This document shows positions 8,401-20,400 of a stretch of DNA of 64,000 bases, piece after piece (the stretch's first letter is position 1; each line of letters starts with the position of its first letter). A model generated the notes under the pieces. The model searched no databases and was not told the DNA's origin. It was given only the letters and a program-made list of their open reading frames with translations. Source of the DNA: Camelus dromedarius (Eukaryota); contig NC_087462.1 of the NCBI RefSeq assembly GCF_036321535.1, positions 11,284,001 through 11,348,000 on the forward strand. Reading direction: 5' to 3'. The position numbers and the translations under genes are program-made.

Positions 8401-11400
8401 GTGAGGGAGGGCGGCCATGGGGGATGTGGTCCGGGCCAGGTCTGCCCTCTCCATGGGGCATGTCCCAGCACCGGCACCTCATACAGGACTGGGATGGCCT
8501 CTCCGCCAGCTGTAGCTCCGAGCCACCAGCCACTCCCTCTCCGGTCCCTCTGGCCCCTTTGGCTGAGCCAGCTGAAGACGTCTGAGTTTGCTCCCATCAC
8601 TGCGTGCTTAGGCTCAGCTCTCCTGCCCTTTTCCCCCTCAGGCCTCCTCAGCCTGGAGCTGCACTGATTCTGTCCTGAAAACGTCTGTGGCCCCATCTCC
8701 AACACCCTCTGCCCTCACGGTGCTCTCCCTCCCCACTACCTTCTCAGGTGAACCTCACAGCCTGCACAACATCCTACCGTGAATTCGGGGCCCTCTCTCC
8801 GCTGACTGTCAGCTATTTTGCGCTGGCAGACCCACCAAAGTGGGGAGGGGATCTGAGCGTAGAATTCTGCTGCTGGTGGGTTGTGGGTGGAGGTCTCTGG
8901 TGAGTGGGAGCCCCTGCAATGTGGCTGGTGCTTTTCAAACTTTTGTCTGCAATGAACCCTCTCCTCAGATGAAGTCTAGACACAAGACCCATCTGCTCTC
9001 AGGAGGCGGCAGGCCCTGAAGTGAATCTGGCCATTTTCAGACAACTGCTCGTGGTGGGAACAAGCTTCCTTCAGCTCTCGGAGCCCCAGAGGTGCAGCCC
9101 TCCCTGCAGCTCCGGCCAAGGTGCTGAGGTCACCACTGCAGTCCTCGGGTGAGTGAGGTCTGATGTAACTGGGACACCTGTGAGGCTTTGCTGTCTGCAT
9201 GACCCTGCAGGGCTCCCGAGTGCCCTTGTCCCCAGGTCACTGCTGGACTTGGCACAGACGGGGCAGAGGGTGCTGGCTGACGGCACAGGCTCTGGAGGCA
9301 GTCGGACAGGGCTGGAAACTCAGCCCCTCCAACTGCACAGCAGAAGGAGGTGGCTGCCTCCAGGTGGGTGGTGACATTCAGTGAGCCAGCGCATGCTCCA
9401 GCCCTCCCTGCCACCAGAGGGGGTGCTGCACACCTGGCCCCCACTCTGCCCATTCCCGCTGCCCTGTGGGTGTTGCCTGGTCCTGCCTCTCACTTGCGGG
9501 CTGCCTGAGCTTACCATTCTCACTTTAAAACCTTATGAAAGGTTTCCTGGACTCTTGCCTTAGCTCTGCATCCCTCACCCCAGTTCCAGTGAGAAGGGAG
9601 GCAATCCAGATGACCAAGGTTGCCCGAGGCTGTCCAAGGTTGTCCGGGTTCCTTCTCCAATCTGCACCACCATTCCCCAACTGGAGCCAGATGTCACCTG
9701 CCCTGCATGTCCCAGCATGGGCACCTTGTACAGGAGTGGGATGGCCTCTCCACCAGCTGTAGCTCCGAGCCACCGGCCATTCCCTCTGGTCTCTAGGGAG
9801 ACTAGCTGAGTAACAAGCAGGCGATGCACACGCCTGAACTTACCCCAGTATAACTGAATTGGTACTTGAGCGTGAGAGCTGGTCTATCACTTTAAGTCCT
9901 GATTTTGCTCCAAGTTTTTTTCCTTCTCCCAAGTTTATACCCGATCCCTCTTATGCAACACAGCGCACCCTCAGATGCAAGAATGATAGTAAATCCTAAC
10001 GACCACAATTCACTGAGTACCAGATGCCACACTCGGTGGTGTCACCTCAGGGACCTCACAGTCCACGCTCATAGCTTCTGGGAGTCCCTTCACCTGGTGG
10101 GCGTGGCTTCCTGTCTGAGACCCACATTCATACAATAGACCCAGGATCTGGGCGCAGCCAGGCGACTCCAAGCCTGGACACCGGGCTCCAGCTCCACACA
10201 TTTTATGAACTTTCCCTGAGTGTCCTCCTCACTGGGCTGAACCCTCCTTCCCTTCCATGTTCAGGGAGGCGGGGCAGGAAAGGACTGTCACCTGGGAGAC
10301 CGTGATGCCACCCTTCCTGGCCAGCTCCTCTTTTGCTTCTTCGCTGGGGTAAGGATTGCTCAAATGGGAGTAAAAATACTCATTCAGCACTTCCGTGGCT
10401 TGCTTGCTGAAATTCTGCCGCTTACGCCTGCAAAGACAGAGCCTCAGCCGGTGTTCAGACACTGGGCCGCCAGTAGCATCCCTGACCCCCAGAGGTGGTA
10501 ACAGCAGTGGTCAGCGCTTCAGCCATCTCCCAAGGCTGTGTGAGGGGCTACACCCGCAGCTGCGGCCAGAGCCCCTGGACAGGCTCGGAGGCCCCCCCTG
10601 ACCGTAAACCCAGGTCAGCACCGACTTGGTTCCTCTTCCTAAGAGCCAACCCTGCAGTCGTGGGTGGGGTGGGGCCTGACCTGGCATCCAGGAGCCTGGA
10701 GCGCAGGGTCATCACGGCCTCGCAGGTGCTCTGCTTCAGCTGCATCTGGATGCTGCTGAACTTGCCGTGGATGACCCCGACCATGCGCTCCATCTCCTTG
10801 GGCGAGATGGGCCTGATCCTGCTCTGCTCCCGGAGAAGGTTGGTGACGTGCGTGGTGAACTCCCGGCAGGCCTGGGGTGGGGACACACATGCCAGCCAGT
10901 GACTACACAGCAGGCTGGCCCAGGGCTCTGTGTGGGACCAGCTCCCCGCCGCCCGCGACTCCCACACAGGCTGGCTACTGAGAAGTGAAGGCAAAGGGCT
11001 TCCAGTAAAATTGGCCACCTTTGCTATGAGACCAAGTGTGTGGACTGCCCGGTCTGCGCCACAGAAGGAAGGCGGTTTAGTNNNNNNNNNNNNNNNNNNN
11101 NNNNNNNNNNNNNNNNNNNNNNNNNNNNNNNNNNNNNNNNNNNNNNNNNNNNNNNNNNNNNNNNNNNNNNNNNNNNNNNNNNNNNNNNNNNNNNNNNNNN
11201 NNNNNNNNNNNNNNNNNNNNNNNNNNNNNNNNNNNNNNNNNNNNNNNNNNNNNNNNNNNNNNNNNNNNNNNNNNNNNGCTGCTCCTCTTCCTTGCTTCCC
11301 CGGCCTGCACACGCCCTCGGCCAACAGCATGTTATCTAGCCTCATGAGCTGATCGTCGGGGGGGCCCTCCTCCTGAATGCCACGAATGCTCAACACTGGA

Positions 11401-14400
11401 TAAGAGAGAGGGGACCGAATCAGTGTCTGCTGTTGGAGCGGAAACAGCCACGGCAGAACATTAGCAGCCGCACCGCGTCTGAAAGAAAGTCTTTGTTTTA
11501 TCTGGTAACAGACACTGTGAGGAGGCGCGTTCCAGATGCTCACACTAGCACAGGCAGGGGTACAAAGAAAGGTGCTGGCAGCCTGGTGTCAGACAAAGCT
11601 GTGCTAATGTGTGTCTGAGACTGAGTCCCCCCGACAGAAACTGATTTCTGTCACTGAGTTTTCAATCGATCCCCCTATCCAAAACTTTATCCCCTTTCTT
11701 GTCCCCTCTGACCTCAATCCTGTGCTCACTGAACATTAACCAACCACTCAGATGAGTAGGATTGCAATTGTTGATCACGTTGTTAATGTACTAAAATTGC
11801 TATTTAGATGTTGTCATTAATGTACAAACCCAGGTTGTTTCTCCAGGGCAAGATGAGCTAACAGACCCCCAAGCCATGGACGACCTGGCCAGAGAATCAT
11901 AAACCAGAGACATTCTGATTCTCGAAACTGCTATTAAGAAATGTCACAACACGATTAATTCCAGCCTCTTTGCTCCTTCCCTTAAAAGAACTCCTCACTC
12001 CAAGACCAAAGTGGAGTGGATCTGAGGCTGGTCTTCTACTCCCTTGCCTGGAGCCTGTACTTTCCTTCACCACAACCCGGTGTCATTAGAATGACTACTG
12101 CGTATCGGGCAAGTGGACCTGAGTTCGATTCAGTAACAAGTCTGTTGTGTCCGTTTGTGTCTATTGTGTGTGTGTTGCGGGGAGGGTTTGTTGCTTTAGA
12201 GTCAGAGAGGAAAAGCCTGACCCAGAGGTGCCAGAAAAGATGAACTGAGAGATTTCAAGCAGAGAAACAAGACAATTGGCTTTGCAACTTGAAAAAGCTG
12301 TCACACCGGGCTGAATGGGCTTGGGAGGCAGTAGGGGGAGCTGCCGCCATCCAAGGGGATACAGGTCAGCTTTGGGGTGGTCAAAGAGAGAGGCCCCGGA
12401 ATCCATGGCCCGGGGATGTGGGCGTGCGTGAGAGAAAGGAAGAGGCTGGGTGACCCCCACATTCGCCTTGGAAGGCGCCACTTTCTCCCAGGTGCAGCAC
12501 ACAGAGCAGCAGGCGAACAGGTGGAAAGACGGGTCAGCCTGGCCCCTGACCCAGCTAAGCACAGATGTCTGGGTGGCTGAGAAGCAGCTGCTTCCTGGGA
12601 GCCGGGGCTGAGCTGACCAGTTGGGGTGGGAGACCGGTATACATGAGTCATCGGCATGAAATGTGTGTTGGGAAATCTGTAAGTGTCCACCTGTACATGC
12701 AGCCACACCTACGAGAAGAAGCCACGCCCCCCCACCCCCACCCCCACCCCCACCCCGGGGCTGGAAAACCAACATTTAAAGGACAGGCAAGGGAGGAGAC
12801 AGGAAGAGAATTACCAGGTAGGGTGAGGAAAAACCAGAAGTAGTCACAGAAGGGTGAAAGCATGGGCTTGGTCATCAGGGGAGCGCCGTTAACTTCTGCA
12901 AAAGCAGCCGCAGGGTACGGTGGCGCAGGACCTGACTGGCTAGTTCCAGGGCAGCGTGAGAAGCAGGCAGGGCGGGAAGAGGCTGCTGCAGGGGTTACAG
13001 AATGAGGCTCAGGTCAGAGGAGGGCGGTCCTGCAGGATCTGTGCTCTGTTTGCTTCCTCGGGAACGGAAGAAATATTTACGGCTCCAGAGAAATGAAGGC
13101 TAGGGGGCAGTTCCTGAGGGGATGGAAGGCAGGGAACAGGGAAGGAGGTTATGGTATATGATATCCATTTAGTTCTGACTTTCTAGAAAAACAAGGTTTA
13201 AACTGTTTCCTTGGAAACAGGCTCTCAATACTAACTACAGCTCCTAAGTGACTTAAGTGTTCAACTAAAATTTGAATGTAATCCTTTCATATCCATATTA
13301 ATTATTTGTCCCTTTCTTGTTTCCTATGTAACAGACTAACCTTCTCTGTCAAAAATTCACAAGTGAAAACTGAGGGAGCTCAAGAGATCCTTGCAGGAAT
13401 TTCCTATGAGACGAGGGACCTTCACCTCACACGCAGGGATCCCCAACTCACCCAAAGGAAGCCTTGCAACCTACTCAGTCCCGCGGGGTTATGATGGGGC
13501 TCTTTTTGAAATAACAGAAGGAAAAGTGCCCCTTTATTGGTTGCTAACCTTCCAGCTCACAGACCCAATTCTCTACTGACCTCACTTGGCCTCCGAGAAG
13601 CACCGGATATAAATGCTGGGCACTCCTGGGCAGAGAGAACCTGCACTGCCTGACCCTTATAAATAAGGCCCACACACTCCTAACCATTCCTAACCAGAGT
13701 AATAGTGGACGGCCTCCTCCTTCAATCCCTCTGTTTTCTTTTTTATTTATTGAAGTATAGTTAGTTACAAGGTGTCAGTCTCTGGTGTACAGCATACTGT
13801 TTCAGTCATACATGTAAATACATATATTAGTCCGTCTGTTTTCAAATCCTATTGATTCTCCCTCCACGATCAACCCACCACCTGCCCCCCACCCCTCCTT
13901 AACACCATTCCTGGAAGCCCGCTGTGCTGACCCCTGTCCTGCCCTCGGTGACCTGTGAGGAAACCCTTCCCCTCTGCTCCATCGCGCACACCCAGCTACC
14001 TTCAAATGCTGTGTTGATTGAGCTGGTCTGTTGTTTAAAGACTTCAACCAGTCCCTGCATCCACAGTTAAAGCCTAGACTCTGACCCGTGGCACTCAGGG
14101 GCTTTCCTGACATCTTTCCAAGTCCCTCTTCATTAATTTTCTCTCTGCTGGGCCCTCCATGGTCCTCCACGGCACAGACACTCTGTGATTGTCTCAGGTT
14201 TACCCAGGAGCTCCTCCCGAGGGCCCATGGTCCCGGCCAGGGCTCAGGAGTGGCCTGAGAGGGACAAAGAGGACCTCGTCCCTCCCCAGAGGTCCCTCAT
14301 CACACCCTGACTCCTGGGGCTGGAGAGGAACATCCTTATTACATTACAGCTTCCTTATTACAATGAGGGGCAGGAGTGGTTCAGGCTGGAACATGCGGCT

Positions 14401-17400
14401 GAATGAAGGGGTGTATGTGGGCACATGCATGTGTGTGTGTGTGTGTGTGTGCGCACATGGGAGTGTGGGTTCACGCGAGGGCAAGTATGTATCTGCGTGT
14501 GCGTGTGTGACTCTGGGCTGCTGAGGGGCACGTGGCAATCTTTCTCCTGTTCTTTTATTTATCCAACAGCAAGCATCTGGGAGCCCATCACAAACCAGGT
14601 ACCCAACCAGGTGCTGGAGAGTTTAAAAAACACAGTAAAAAACCCTGGAACTTACTGTTCTCCAATGAAAGCTCTTAAATTACAAAGGTAAGCCACACGG
14701 ATATATTGTACAACACAGGGAATATAGCTAATATTTTATAATACCTATAAATGGAGTTTAACCTTTAAAAATTGTGAATCACTACATTAGATGCCTGTAA
14801 CTTACATAATATTATGCATCAACTATACTGCAATTAAAAAAATTACAAAGGGAACACCCCAGCCTTTTCTCATATATCTTTATAGGGTATGCATTGGTGT
14901 GGCCTTTTTTGGAGGGAGCTTTGAAATGCTGATTAACACTGAAAAAGCACATATCCTTTGTTTTTAAAAAAATATTTTAGAAGTATTTTATTTATTGTTG
15001 TATTATTTTTTAATTTTTAGTTTTTTGGGAGGAGGTCATTAGGTTTATTTATTTTTAGAGGAGGTACTAGGGATCGAACCCAGGACCTCGTGCATGCTAA
15101 GCATGTGCTCTACCACTTGAGCTCTACCCTCCCCACAGCACTTATCCTTTGGTCTTCAGATTCCTGTTCTGAAAACGTATCCTACAGTAACACTGACATC
15201 AGGAGATGCTGTGTTTACGGGACACACACACATGACTACATCATAACTGTGAGAAACCAAGGCCACCCGGAAACCCGTGAATGAGGAGACAGTCTGGCTG
15301 TCACACCCCAGGCCTGTGGTGCTAACAGTGCATATGTTATGACAGGCATTCACACGCTACAGCTTTACTTCTTCAAGGCTGTACATTTTTGCAAATGTAT
15401 GTGTATAAAGAGAAGCAAAACCTAAAAAAGCAAGTTACCCTGTGCCTCAGTCCCCTGCACCAGTCCCAGCTGTGGACACAGCCGTGCCAAGAGCTTTTCC
15501 TCTCTGTCAGAGGCCCCTCGCAAGCCCTGTGTCTCCCTCAGCGCCACGTATCTGCCTCCCAGCACACGATCCCTGGCCTGATTATGGTCACTAGACACAC
15601 ATTACCGCCAATTACAACAAGCTCATTTCCGGTAGACTGTTCCAGAGCGCCCCAGCCATGCTCCCCAGCTCCCTCAGGGCCCTTGACTGGCGGGCAGGAG
15701 GCTTTGGAGACCGGGAGCTCAGCTCAGGGACACTGTCAGTTGGGGGCGCTTGGAAGAGGAGGTGGGATCAGGAACAAAGGCGCTCCCTGCCAAACCACCA
15801 ACGTTCCTTCTGTCTCCAATTTACAGTGGGTGTGAAAACGCCAGTAAACCAAACAATGAAGTAAAATAGAATGATAAATCTCAACACATTATTTTTTTTG
15901 GAAGAAACAACATGGAACTGCTATGGACTGAATCGTGTCCCCCCAAATTCACACATGGAACCCCCAATGTATGTATGGAATAGAATCCATGAGGAGGTAA
16001 TTAAGGTCAAGTGAGGTCATAAGTGTGGGGCCCTAATCCATAGAAGGGCTGTGGCCTTTTAAGAAGAGCAACGGGGGCCTCTTCCCCATCCCACCCACCT
16101 GTGAGAACACAGTGAGAAGGCACCAAGGCACCGGTCTGCAAGCTGGGAAGAGAGCCCTTTCCAGGAACTGAATCAGCCCTAGGCAATAGCAAACCAATGA
16201 GCAGCTGTGTTCCAATAAAACTTTATTGACCAATACTGTAGTCTGCGACCCTTCTCCACAGAATGTGTCACAGAGCCTAACACGTGTCTGAGGAAGAACG
16301 TACGTACGTGCATGCAGGCCCAGGTAGGCCGACACCGCCCCACCCCTGCCTTCAGGTCCCCCCTTTCCTTGGAGGACCCTCTTGAGCTTTCCCCTTCAAG
16401 AAGAACTCCCCTTGAGTTCTTCTCTGGGTGCAGCACAAAGGATGAGATTTTAGCTCGTTTAGTTCAGTCCTAATCCAGGACGCCTTGAAAGGTGGTGTCT
16501 GGTTTGCCCTCTGTCTATGGAAAGGCCAACACGGACACAGAGGCTGCATGCAGGAACCTTCACGGCAACGTGACCAAGTAATTTTATGTTTATTGACTCT
16601 AATGGGGCTCTGGGGCTTATTCTTCTGCATGCCCTAACTTCTCTAAGAGGAACTGTCCCAGGGACTGATGTTAAGCAGGCTCTAGGTGACAGCAACAAGG
16701 AGCATCTTCTGTTAAGAAAGGTTAGTCACTTTCGTTTACTGGAAGCTACTGTGTGCCAAGCCAGTAACAGGGCTGGGACACACCGCAGGCACGCCTGTGC
16801 TTTTGTGGGCCAGCATTCCAGGGAGGGATCAGAAAACAAACCAGAAACAAAGGCACAAGACGGTTTCAGTGGATGGTTAAACCCTAAGAGGAAGCCTGGA
16901 TAGAGGCTGCAAGAAGGTGCTGCTTCACAGGCATCTGTGTCCGAAGGCCTTAAGCTGTGGGCTCGCTCTTCATCAGAGACCGGCCCCAGCTGAAACCCTT
17001 CAGTCCTTAAGTCGTCTTCATAACAGCCTTATAGAGACAGAATTCACATGACATACAGTTCACCCCGTTTACAGTGAATAATTCAGTGATTTTTAGTATA
17101 TTCACCAGGTTGTGCAACCACCACCTAACTTTTTCTCCACCCCAAAAAGAGACCCCGTCCCCATTAGCAGCCACCCCCCCGCCCCGCCCCCAGCCCCTGG
17201 CAACCACTAATCTCTTTCTACCTCTCCTGCACATTTCACATAAATGGAACCACATACTATTGTGGCCTTTTGTGTCTGGTTTCTTTCACTCTGCATAAAG
17301 CTTTTAAGACTCATCCATGTTATAACCTCTGTCAGAAAAGTTCATTCCTTTTTATGGCTGGACAACATTCCACTGCAGAGAGGGACCACGTTTTCTTTCT

Positions 17401-20400
17401 TTAGTCGTCCTCATGGACGCTGGATTTTTTCCATAGTCTTTGATTTGTATATTTGTCTATACTCATCCATGTCTGTACAGCGGAAATTTCCCAGTGATGG
17501 AACATTCCAGATCTGCACTAGTATGGGAGCCACCAGCTACACATGGCTACCAAGCACTCAAAATGTGGCCAGTGTGGCTGAAGAATGCCTTATTTAGTTA
17601 TGCTTGATTTTAATTAGCTCACATGTAAGTCACCCCAGAGGGATGGACCACAGCTCTAAACTCAATTCACAAGTCACCCTGCGACTGGAGGGCTGGGAAA
17701 GAACACTCCAAGCAACCTGAGAAATGACCCCCCAGCTCCAGGAGGTCTGTTCCCCGCACGGCCATAACGGAATACTGCACGTGGGTCTCAGCCCCCGGTC
17801 CAGCCACTCACAGAGGGGAGGAAGTCACACACTGGCCTGAAGGGCAGGGGCTGGGACAGACCCGACCAGAAGGCTGAAGCTATCCATAACGATGTTACGA
17901 CTGCAATAGGCCTGAAAAGGAGAGCTGCACCAGTTCCAGGTGGCTGATGAGGAAGGGAAACAAACAAAGGTGAAAAACTGCTGGATTACCTACGCCTGAC
18001 AGCTCCCAGCCAGGCCCAGGAACGGTGGTGAGGAAATACGAGGGTGTTCCCTCGCGTGATGAGTTATTTACATCTACTCTGACAGGCCGCTGCCTGTGCT
18101 CCCGCAGCACAGAGAGTTCCTTGGCCCGAGAGCAAGGCTGGCGGAGCCGGCACTTCTTGTTCCTCAGAGACACAGCGAACCCGGAACCAATCAAACCGAG
18201 GCACAGATGTGCAGCTGAGACCAGCACAGGGGACAGTGACAGTTCAGAGAAGACAGAGCAGGCCCGTTTGTGCGAACTGCCCTGGATGCCGGGCAGCTCT
18301 TCACGGGGCTTGAAGCCACCTGCCCATCTGCAATCCAAGATCCAAAGGTTTTTACATAAGTTGGCACTCAAGTTCATTTGGAGGCAAAGCCTGACCCCAC
18401 GCCGGTATGCGAGGCCCCACGCTGTTGTGCGAGGCGCCACACCAGTGTGCGAGGCTGTTCCTGCTCACGTGCCAGAGGTCACTGCGCGAGTGCAGGCTCT
18501 GCCTCAGTCCTCGACAACACAATGGGCCTAAAATCCAAACAACACTGTGAATTCTGTGGGGCACCCAGCCCTGAGGGTTTCAAGAAAGGGATTGGGCTGG
18601 TTTTTGGTCCTCCCAGCTAAATTCAAAGCTCTCCAAAAATGGCTTATTTGTCCTCCTCAGGCCAGCTCCTCCAGATACCGTGGGAAGGATTTGGGAGCGG
18701 AGTGGACCCCTAGGGCTTCCTTGGCCAGCAGAGACTGCCGCAGGCAGGACCCCCTGAACGCGGCATAGAGGACACAGGTGGAGCCTGTACGCTGACCCTG
18801 GAAGATGCGCCTGCATCTCTCCTACAGGTCAGAGGAGGCATCAGAAGGCAATTCTTGGAACTCATAAGGTAGCACTTCCGGGAACATCCACTAACACTGG
18901 GTTTACATGGAGGATGGCTTTCTTTTTACCATGATATGAACTATAAGCCTTGTGTTCACAGTCGGGCCCTAGACACACAATCTTCCTGAATCCTGTAGAT
19001 GTACAGAATAAAAAGGATTTCACCTTTTCACCATTAATAGGTATCAGTCACCAGAAACAGTTCTTCATTCAACAAAAATATAACAAAAATATAAAGTCCA
19101 TACACTGTGTGCCAAGTACCAGGGCACTCCCAGGACATAGCGCGTCCTAGACCCTGCACTTACAACCAAGGCTGTCGCCCTAGAATCATACCCCTGCCCC
19201 TGGCCTCAAATGGAAACCAACTGCTCTTATCTAAGTTTCAGGAGAAAGCTGCAAATAGGGAAAAAAGAAAAAAGAACTGGTTAGAACAAACTAGGCCCAC
19301 GATGGTGGAAGATCTGCCTTCCAGTGGAACTTGGGCCTCATTACACGCTCCTGTAATACACTGGCATGCTCAGTGACATCTCCAGCCCCAAGACAGCTGA
19401 CAAGGGGAAAAGCCCATACAAGGACTGAAAAGGAGAGCTGCACCAGTTCCAGGTCCAGACCACACCCTTGTTCTCAGGACACTCGTGGATGTTCCTCCCA
19501 CTCTCTCCAATTCTCCCCTTTTACCTTGACCCTCCTCTATATTTGGTGTCTCCGCCTGATTTGGGTTGAGAAGTCGATTTGCAAACTAGGTTCCCGCTTC
19601 TCCATTCTTTGGCCATTGAGCAAAAGCCTGTGCTGTTCCAGTCTCAGCACTGGTTTCAGTGTTGGCTGCACAAATCTGATCAGAAAAAGAACCTCCCTGT
19701 CTCAGCCTGGGCTGGGAGCATGGTGGGGGAGGTCCAGTCAACGAATGGGGTAACACACTCACTGGAGGAGACAGGTGGCAGAGGCCAGGAGCCACCGCGG
19801 ATGCAGTGAGAGCAGCGGATGCACAGACAGCACCTGGACCTGTGGGTGCAGGGTTCCCTCCCTGAGCCAGGGCAGGGTGCAGAGGTAGCATGCAGCCTGG
19901 CTGTGGGTTACTGAGGTGCAACCCTGTCTCTCTGAAGCTTCACTCTGCTCATTTGTAAAGTAAGTGTCTGCCCTGAGGCTGTTGGAAGTTTGGGATAATG
20001 ATGCCGGGAAGCTGGGAGCTGTCTGACTGTGGCCCATGCTCCACTAATGTCCACTGGGCTTTAAAAGCTCTGCGCAGATTTGGTTTTTACCCTGAAGGCT
20101 TGCCGCAGACTTTAGCCAGAGGGGAATGTGAGATATGTAGGTTAAGTCAAGAAGTAGATGTGCCATCTCCCCACGTGGGCGCGCCAGGAGGCCCAGCCCA
20201 CAGGGTCGCTCATCGGGCACTGGCCGGGGAGAACCAGGGTCCAGGATCAGGGCCCTGAATAGTTTTCTTCAGGCCAAGACTTGGTCATCCCTGGTCCTGG
20301 GGTTGGGGGAAGCTGAGGCAGAACTGAGATCTCACTTACTTTCCTGCTACTGGTGGCCCATCCTGAGACTGGAAAAGTGTGGAAACCCAGTGCTCCCGAG

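Noticed and set aside
9790-9900. Possible intronic snoRNA
   Set aside because: No proper C (RUGAUGA) and D (CUGA) box pair with a terminal stem, and no H/ACA layout.
13140-13720. LTR-like segment with TATA-like motifs
   Set aside because: No clear TG...CA ends, TSD or family match by eye; left unannotated.
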